Shown piece after piece: positions 58,364 through 64,000 of a DNA stretch of 64,000 bases. The notes below the pieces were generated by a model. It searched no databases. It was given only the letters and a program-made list of their open reading frames with translations, and was not told the origin of the DNA. Each line of letters starts with the position of its first letter. Position 1 is the stretch's first letter. This DNA is from an uncultured Endomicrobiia bacterium (GTDB lineage Bacteria; Elusimicrobiota; Endomicrobiia; DTEH01), in contig CALDDQ010000002.1 in assembly GCA_937936785.1 (NCBI GenBank), positions 61,192-125,191 of the forward strand, given 5' to 3'. The position numbers and the translations under genes are program-made.

Positions 58364-61300
58364 ATGAAAAAAATTTTAATTTTAGTTTTTGTTATGAATT
58401 TTATAGGAATTCTATCTGCAAAAAATATTATTGTAGAACAATTTGATTGGAATGAAGGTTGGGAAAAAATATTAGCAGAGAATTCAAAAATAGAAATTTC
58501 TTTAGACAAAGGTTATAAAAATAAATCAATAAAAATGGATTATAATTTAGGTTCCCAAAAACTTTATGCTGTTATTGCAAAAAAGCTTGATTTGTTATTG
58601 CCTGAAAATTATAAATTTACATTTTATGTTAAAGGTGAGGGAAAAAACAATTTAGAGTTTAAACTTATAGATGAAGACGGTAACACTTTTTGGAAAATAT
58701 TTGAAAATAAAAAATTTCCATCTAATTGGGAAAAAATTACAATTTATGACAAAGATATAATTTATGCTTGGGGTCCGAAAAAAAAAGAAAAAATTAGTTT
58801 AGTAAAAAGTATTGAACTTGGAATTTCAGGTGGTGAGACACAAAAGGGTATTGTGTGGTTTGATGAGTTAGATTTAATTCAAATAGTAGATGATAATATT
58901 ATTTTAAAACCGAGTTCAGTCAAAGCGTCATCTCAGGAATTGGATTTATATCCACCGGAAAACGTTTTTGATGGTAAAATGGAAACTCGTTGGAGTAGCC
59001 AGTTTTTAGATAATCAATGGTTTGAAATTGATTTAGGAGAAACAAAAAAAATTTCCGGATTAACAATTTTTTGGGAAGCTGCATATACAAAAATTTATGA
59101 TGTTGAAATCTCTGTTGATGGTAAAACATGGAAAAAAGTTTATGCTACACAAAACAGTGATGGTGGTCGTGACGAAATATTTTTTCAAGCACAAAATATA
59201 CGATTTGTAAAATTAAATTTACACAAAAGAGCAACATCGTGGGGAAACTCAATTTATGAAATAATTTTACGTCCTGCTTCGGAAGAAATTAAGTTGTCAG
59301 CATCATCTTCAAAAAAAGAGACGTTTATTTATAACATTTTAGACAATGATCATCAAACAGTTTGGCATAGTGGAAAAACTAACAAAGCAATTGTTGAACT
59401 AAATTTCGTTAAAGAATACGAACTTGGCGGATTATTTATTTTTTGGGATAATGATTTTGCAAAAGATTATACGATAGATTATTCTGTTGATGGCAAGCTT
59501 TGGCAAAATATAAAGACAGTAACTTCTGGCAATGGAGATTGGGACAAATTTTATTTTGATAAAGTTAAAATTAAATATTTAAGAATAAATTGTATAAAAA
59601 GTGCAACTGGCGCAGGTTTTGGAATAAGAGATATAGAAATAAAAGGTGCGGACGAATCTGTAACACCGTTGCGTTTATATGAAATAAAAGCAGAAGAAGC
59701 ACCTGCTGGATATTATCCAATTTGGTTGTCAAAAAAACAAATTTATTGGACAGTATCTGGTGTTTTAGATGATGATAAAGAGATTTTATTATCTGAGTTT
59801 AGCGATGTGGAACCAGATAAAGGTAGTTTTTCAATAATGCCATATTTGTATCTTGACAACAAACTAATTACAAGAAACGACGTTATAATAACACATAAAT
59901 TAGAAAAAGATTATTTACCAATTCCAAGTGTAATTTGGGAAAATGACAAAATTAATTTTGAAACAAAAGCAATTGTGTATGGTAAAGAAGACGAGTCTGT
60001 TGCTTATATGAGATATAAGGTGAAAAATGTAACAAAAAATATGGTATCGGGAAAGTTTTATCTTACAATAAGACCTTTTCAGGTAAATCCTCCATGGCAA
60101 TATGGTGGTTTGTCTAAAATAGAAAATATTTATAATGAAAAAGATGTTATATTTGTTGATAACAAAAAAATATTTACAATTACTCCACCTGCAAAAATTG
60201 GTTTTGTTACAAGCCGGGAAGGTGATATTATTGATTATGTGTGGACAGGTAAATTGTTCAATTTATCAAATAAAGTTTATGATGAGAATGGTTTTGCTAG
60301 TGGGGCAATAGAATATGACCTTATATTGAAACCAGAAGAAGAAAAAAATTTTTACATTGCAATACCGTTACATAAAACTTTTTCAGAAATTAAGTTTGAC
60401 AATTTTGATATTCAGTTTGAAAATATGACAAAAGATACGACAAAAATCTTTGATGATATCGTTAGCAAAACGGAGTTTAACATTCGACAAAAGGATGTTT
60501 TAAACACATTAAAATCAAACTTGTTATATTTATTAATCAACAAAGACAAAGATACACTTCATCCTGGGTCAAGAAATTATCAACGTGCATGGATGCGAGA
60601 TGGAGCTTTAATGTGTAGAGCATTGTTAAATATGGGTTATACAAAAGGCATTGAAGATTTTATAGAAATATTTGCAAAAAATCAATTTTCTGACGGAAAA
60701 ATTCCAGCTATAATTGATGTAAATGGAGTTGATCCAATAGATGAATTTGATAGTCAAGGACAGTTTGTATATGTAATATTACAATATTATTATCACACAA
60801 AAAACAAGTTAGTACTAGAAAAATATTGGCCTAACATAAAAAAAGCGCTTGAATTTTTGGTTCAACTTAGAAATAAAAGGTTAACTGAAGAATATAAAAA
60901 TGGTCCTGTAGAAAAAAGGATTTTATATGGTATATTACCAGAATCTGTTAGTCACGAAGGATATTTTAATCCACCAAGACATTCTTACTGGGACGATTTT
61001 TGGGCATTGAAAGGGTATAAAGATGCAAAAATAATTGCAAAAATTTTAGGCAAAAATGATATGATAAATTGGATACAAAGGGAAGAAACAGCACTTAGAA
61101 AGTCATTGCTTGAATCTATAAAACTTGTTATGAGATATAGAAACATAGATTATATTCCCGGGTGTGCCGAGTTGGGTGATTTTGATCCTACTTCAACTGC
61201 AATCGCAGTTGCAATTTGTGATGAAACCAAATATTTGCCACAAGAAATTTTAGAAAACACTTTTGACAAATATTATAGAGAAAAAGATTTGAATCTTAGT

Positions 61301-61846
61301 GGAAATTATTCTCCATATGAAGTCCGTATAATTGAAGCATTTGTTCTTATGGGGCAAAAAGACAGAGCAAACGATTTGTTAAAATATTTATTAAGAGATA
61401 GAAGACCTTTAGAGTGGAATCATTTTGCAGAAGTTGTTCACAGAGATTATAGGTTATCTCAGTATATTGGCGATATGCCACACACATGGATTGGTGCAGA
61501 ATATATAAATTCTGTTAGGAGTATGTTGGTGTTAGAAGGTGAAGAATCTGGGATTTTAATGTTATGTAAGGGTTTAACAGAAGAATGGATAAGTGAAAAT
61601 GAAAAAATAGGAGTAAGAAATTTACCAACAATATGGGGTAAAATAAATTTTGAAATGACCAGAACCAACAATAGTATAAAAGCTAGAATTAATGGAGATA
61701 TTAAGGTGCCCAAAGAAACAATTTTATATGTTCCTGTGAACAAAAAAATCAAAGAAGTAAGAATTAATGGTAAAGAATGGGAAAAACATTCAGGAAACGA
61801 GGTCAATATAACAAACATTCCAGCTGAAATAGAAATTAAGTTTTAG
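58364..61846 (+). CDS. Large secreted protein: two F5/8 type C (discoidin) domains plus a C-terminal six-hairpin (alpha/alpha)6 glycosidase-like domain
   Basis: Signal peptide 'MKKILILVFVMNFIGILSA'. Discoidin motifs 'NVFDGKMETRWSS...WFEIDLGE' and 'ILDNDHQTVWHSGK...'. C-terminal 'YQRAWMRDGALMCRALL' resembles glucoamylase/debranching-type six-hairpin enzymes. Confidence 0.5.
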   Translation: MKKILILVFVMNFIGILSAKNIIVEQFDWNEGWEKILAENSKIEISLDKGYKNKSIKMDYNLGSQKLYAVIAKKLDLLLPENYKFTFYVKGEGKNNLEFKLIDEDGNTFWKIFENKKFPSNWEKITIYDKDIIYAWGPKKKEKISLVKSIELGISGGETQKGIVWFDELDLIQIVDDNIILKPSSVKASSQELDLYPPENVFDGKMETRWSSQFLDNQWFEIDLGETKKISGLTIFWEAAYTKIYDVEISVDGKTWKKVYATQNSDGGRDEIFFQAQNIRFVKLNLHKRATSWGNSIYEIILRPASEEIKLSASSSKKETFIYNILDNDHQTVWHSGKTNKAIVELNFVKEYELGGLFIFWDNDFAKDYTIDYSVDGKLWQNIKTVTSGNGDWDKFYFDKVKIKYLRINCIKSATGAGFGIRDIEIKGADESVTPLRLYEIKAEEAPAGYYPIWLSKKQIYWTVSGVLDDDKEILLSEFSDVEPDKGSFSIMPYLYLDNKLITRNDVIITHKLEKDYLPIPSVIWENDKINFETKAIVYGKEDESVAYMRYKVKNVTKNMVSGKFYLTIRPFQVNPPWQYGGLSKIENIYNEKDVIFVDNKKIFTITPPAKIGFVTSREGDIIDYVWTGKLFNLSNKVYDENGFASGAIEYDLILKPEEEKNFYIAIPLHKTFSEIKFDNFDIQFENMTKDTTKIFDDIVSKTEFNIRQKDVLNTLKSNLLYLLINKDKDTLHPGSRNYQRAWMRDGALMCRALLNMGYTKGIEDFIEIFAKNQFSDGKIPAIIDVNGVDPIDEFDSQGQFVYVILQYYYHTKNKLVLEKYWPNIKKALEFLVQLRNKRLTEEYKNGPVEKRILYGILPESVSHEGYFNPPRHSYWDDFWALKGYKDAKIIAKILGKNDMINWIQREETALRKSLLESIKLVMRYRNIDYIPGCAELGDFDPTSTAIAVAICDETKYLPQEILENTFDKYYREKDLNLSGNYSPYEVRIIEAFVLMGQKDRANDLLKYLLRDRRPLEWNHFAEVVHRDYRLSQYIGDMPHTWIGAEYINSVRSMLVLEGEESGILMLCKGLTEEWISENEKIGVRNLPTIWGKINFEMTRTNNSIKARINGDIKVPKETILYVPVNKKIKEVRINGKEWEKHSGNEVNITNIPAEIEIKF

Positions 61847-61956
61847 GTTTTAAAAAGTTGTATACAAATTTTAAATGAAACACTTGACAAAAAAATATAA
61901 TTATTGTATTCAATACTAACTTTGTGAAAAATTTCACAATCTTTTAGGTATAAAAA

Positions 61957-63000
61957 ATGCAAAAAATTATACAATATCAAGATTTTATAACAAGATTATG
62001 TCAGATTTATGAAGAAATGTCTTCAAATTATAATTTAGACATTTATTTGCCTACAAAAGATTTAAAGTATAAAGAAGTTCAAAATAAAGAAGATATTGTA
62101 GATATTTCTTTAGATAGTATTAGAATGACAGAACCTGTAAAAACATTTTTTTTTCGTCCAAAGGAAGATTTGTTAAGATATGAGAAAGAAAATTTTTTAC
62201 AAATAATTGTTGGTATAAAATCTTGTGACTTATCCGCGATAAAAGTTTTAGACGCAATGTTTTTAGAAAAAGGTTATGTTGACAGTAGTTATAAATTTTT
62301 CAGGGATAGAACAATTATAATTTCTTGTGATTGTCCAAAGCCAGAAAAAAATTGTTTTTGTAGTCTAATAAACAATACACCATATCCTACAAGCGGTTAT
62401 GATTTAAATTTAGAGTTTGTAGATGATACGCGATTTATTTTGTCCAGTGGTAGTGTAAAAGGCGAAGATCTGCTAGATAAATATTTTTTAAATTATGATG
62501 CTCCTACGAAGGATGATATTGTTAAGCGAGATAATTTACATATTTTATCAGTACAAAATGTTAAAGAAATAAACAAAGAATACTTATTAGAACACAAAGA
62601 TGACTATTATAGAGTTGTAAAAGAAAGTTATGACATAAACAACATTTGGCAAGAGGAAAGTTCAACCTGTGTTCAATGCAAAGGGTGCAACTTTATTTGT
62701 CCAAGTTGTTATTGTTTTTTCATACGTGAGAGTTCAAAAGATTTTGAAAATCAATATAGAGATAGAGTGTGGGACGCATGTCATTCTACTGGTTATGGAA
62801 GGGTAGCTGGAGGTGGAAATTCAAGAAAATATAAATTTCAACGGTTTAGAAACAGGTATCAGTGTAAGTTTGTTTATAGAAAAGATAATTTTAATTTTTA
62901 TGCTTGCACAGGTTGTGGAAGATGTATAGAAGTTTGTCCTGGGAAAATTGATATTAGGAAAGTGGTAAAAAGTTTGACCAAAGTAATTACTTATGCATGA
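61957..63000 (+). CDS. 4Fe-4S cluster protein, anaerobic sulfite reductase subunit A (AsrA)-like / sulfhydrogenase-like
   Basis: 347 aa. 'CVQCKGCNFICPSCYC' and 'CTGCGRCIEVCPGKIDI' ferredoxin-type motifs plus additional Cys clusters 'CDCPKPEKNCFC'. Confidence 0.45.
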   Translation: MQKIIQYQDFITRLCQIYEEMSSNYNLDIYLPTKDLKYKEVQNKEDIVDISLDSIRMTEPVKTFFFRPKEDLLRYEKENFLQIIVGIKSCDLSAIKVLDAMFLEKGYVDSSYKFFRDRTIIISCDCPKPEKNCFCSLINNTPYPTSGYDLNLEFVDDTRFILSSGSVKGEDLLDKYFLNYDAPTKDDIVKRDNLHILSVQNVKEINKEYLLEHKDDYYRVVKESYDINNIWQEESSTCVQCKGCNFICPSCYCFFIRESSKDFENQYRDRVWDACHSTGYGRVAGGGNSRKYKFQRFRNRYQCKFVYRKDNFNFYACTGCGRCIEVCPGKIDIRKVVKSLTKVITYA

Positions 63001-63037
63001 TTTTTTAAAAATTTTATAGTATCAGAAAAAGTTAAAA

Positions 63038-63862
63038 ATGAAAAATATATATTCACCAATTGGTGCAAAAATTATAAAAATTATTGACGAAACTGCTAAT
63101 ATTAAAACATTTACTTTTAAACGTTTAGATAATCAAAAATTTTCCTTTAACACAGGACAATTTATAGAACTTACAGTATTTGGTGTTGGAGAAGCACCGT
63201 TTACACCGTCATCATCACCATTTGAAACTGATACGATAGATGTCACAATAATGAAAACGGGTCGTATGACAGAAGTGTTACATTCAATGAAAGAAGGAGA
63301 TGTGATTGGTCTAAGAGGTCCTTATGGTAATGGTTATCCGGTTGAAAAATTTAATGGCAAAGAAATTTTAATTATAGGTGGTGGTGTTGGGTTAGCACCT
63401 TTAAGGTCGTTATTATTGACCTTGATTGCTACAATAAAAAATTATAGAAAGATTACACTAAATTATGGTGCTAAAACGCCACAGGATGTGGTATACAAAT
63501 ATTTGTTTCCCGGTTGGAAAAAGATAAGTGGATTAGAAATTAACCGTAGTGTAGACAAATGTCAGGAAGGCGAATGGAATGAAACCACAGGTGTAGTAAC
63601 ATGTTTGTTAGACAACATCAAGATAGATATAAGAAACTCTGTCGCAATAGTTTGTGGTCCGCCTATTATGATGAAGTTTACTACGTTAAAACTTTTAAGT
63701 ATTGGTTACAGATCTGACCAGATTTATCTTTCAATGGAACGAAATATGAGCTGTGGATTAGGTAAATGTGGTCATTGTCAGTTAGGTAGTTATTTTATTT
63801 GTAAAGATGGTCCTGTATTTACATGGGAACAGATCAAAGATATTCAGGATCCATTTGAATAA
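63038..63862 (+). CDS. FAD/NAD(P)-binding oxidoreductase with C-terminal 2Fe-2S, AsrB-like
   Basis: 274 aa. FNR-like 'RPFTPSS'-type and 'ILIIGGGVGLAP' motifs; C-terminal 'CGLGKCGHCQLGSYFICKDGPVF' 2Fe-2S cluster. Confidence 0.5.
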   Translation: MKNIYSPIGAKIIKIIDETANIKTFTFKRLDNQKFSFNTGQFIELTVFGVGEAPFTPSSSPFETDTIDVTIMKTGRMTEVLHSMKEGDVIGLRGPYGNGYPVEKFNGKEILIIGGGVGLAPLRSLLLTLIATIKNYRKITLNYGAKTPQDVVYKYLFPGWKKISGLEINRSVDKCQEGEWNETTGVVTCLLDNIKIDIRNSVAIVCGPPIMMKFTTLKLLSIGYRSDQIYLSMERNMSCGLGKCGHCQLGSYFICKDGPVFTWEQIKDIQDPFE

Positions 63863-64000
63863 AGACTTGGAGTATTAATAGCGAAATAGTTTTGTTCACG
63901 AACTAAAAGTTAGCGTTGTGTTTCATCAGATCCAAAGTTGCAAAATCGATACTCCGATCATAACGTTGTTTATTTTGATAATTGTTATTGAAAAGTTTTA

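Noticed and set aside
58234-58446. 70-aa + strand ORF bridging the end of the 56489 gene and the start of the 58364 gene
   Set aside because: Out-of-frame overlap with two strong genes; Lys/Asn-rich low-complexity translation; no support.
1-64000. CRISPR arrays, transposases, integrases, restriction-modification or toxin-antitoxin modules
   Set aside because: None found: no regularly spaced direct repeats and no ORF with recombinase, transposase or nuclease-defence signatures on reading all ORF translations.

Overview
The window is AT-rich (roughly 27-30% GC by eye) and very gene-dense. About 62 protein genes and two tRNAs are all encoded on the + strand. Two secreted proteins end in type IX secretion system (T9SS) C-terminal sorting domains, which suggests a member of the Bacteroidota/FCB group; this is an inference.

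Layout:
(1) 1-19.2 kb: one long co-directional Wzx/Wzy-type polysaccharide biosynthesis locus. It contains a BY-kinase cut by the window edge, a Wzy-like polymerase, a Wzx flippase, three GT2 and three GT4 glycosyltransferases, two SAM methyltransferases, an AsnB-like amidotransferase, WbqC, a DegT aminotransferase, a PHP-domain protein, an ExeA-like ATPase, a PIG-L deacetylase and a WecA-like initiating transferase.
(2) 19.3-23.6 kb: a small T9SS cargo island. A PLD(HKD)-family protein carrying a 'YPNP' T9SS C-terminal domain is flanked by two paralogous PorP/SprF-like outer-membrane proteins and followed by an exported ComEC-like MBL-fold hydrolase. tRNA-Lys(UUU) and a 400-bp non-coding spacer follow.
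(3) 24.2-32.4 kb: a bacterial microcompartment (BMC) locus of the sugar-phosphate-utilising type. It holds three BMC-P vertex genes, one BMC-H, a PduT-like Fe-S BMC-T, a PduS-like Fe-S flavoprotein, an acylating aldehyde dehydrogenase with an N-terminal encapsulation-peptide-like helix, two tandem RpiB paralogues, and a DeoC aldolase fused to a degenerate flavoprotein-fold domain. Two exported proteins sit inside the locus.
(4) 32.8-36.7 kb: PilT, then an acidic protein and a DnaA-like AAA+ protein. The DnaA-like protein lacks the canonical DNA-binding domain IV, and the two proteins share an unrecognised C-terminal domain. This is the most unusual item in the window.
(5) 36.9-50.1 kb: Ctp protease, tsaD, then a complete dcw cluster (mraZ-rsmH-ftsL-ftsI-murE-murF-mraY-murD-ftsW-murG). 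A consensus-like promoter and MraZ-box-like direct repeats lie upstream of mraZ.
(6) 50.3-56.1 kb: LUD-domain protein, pyrR-pyrB-pyrC-pyrK, an aminotransferase and tRNA-Gln(UUG).
(7) 56.5-61.8 kb: two large secreted glycan-active proteins, one with a T9SS C-terminal domain and one with two discoidin domains plus a six-hairpin glycosidase-like domain.
(8) 62.0-63.9 kb: an AsrA/AsrB-like Fe-S/flavin oxidoreductase pair.

No CRISPR array, integrase, transposase or rRNA was seen.
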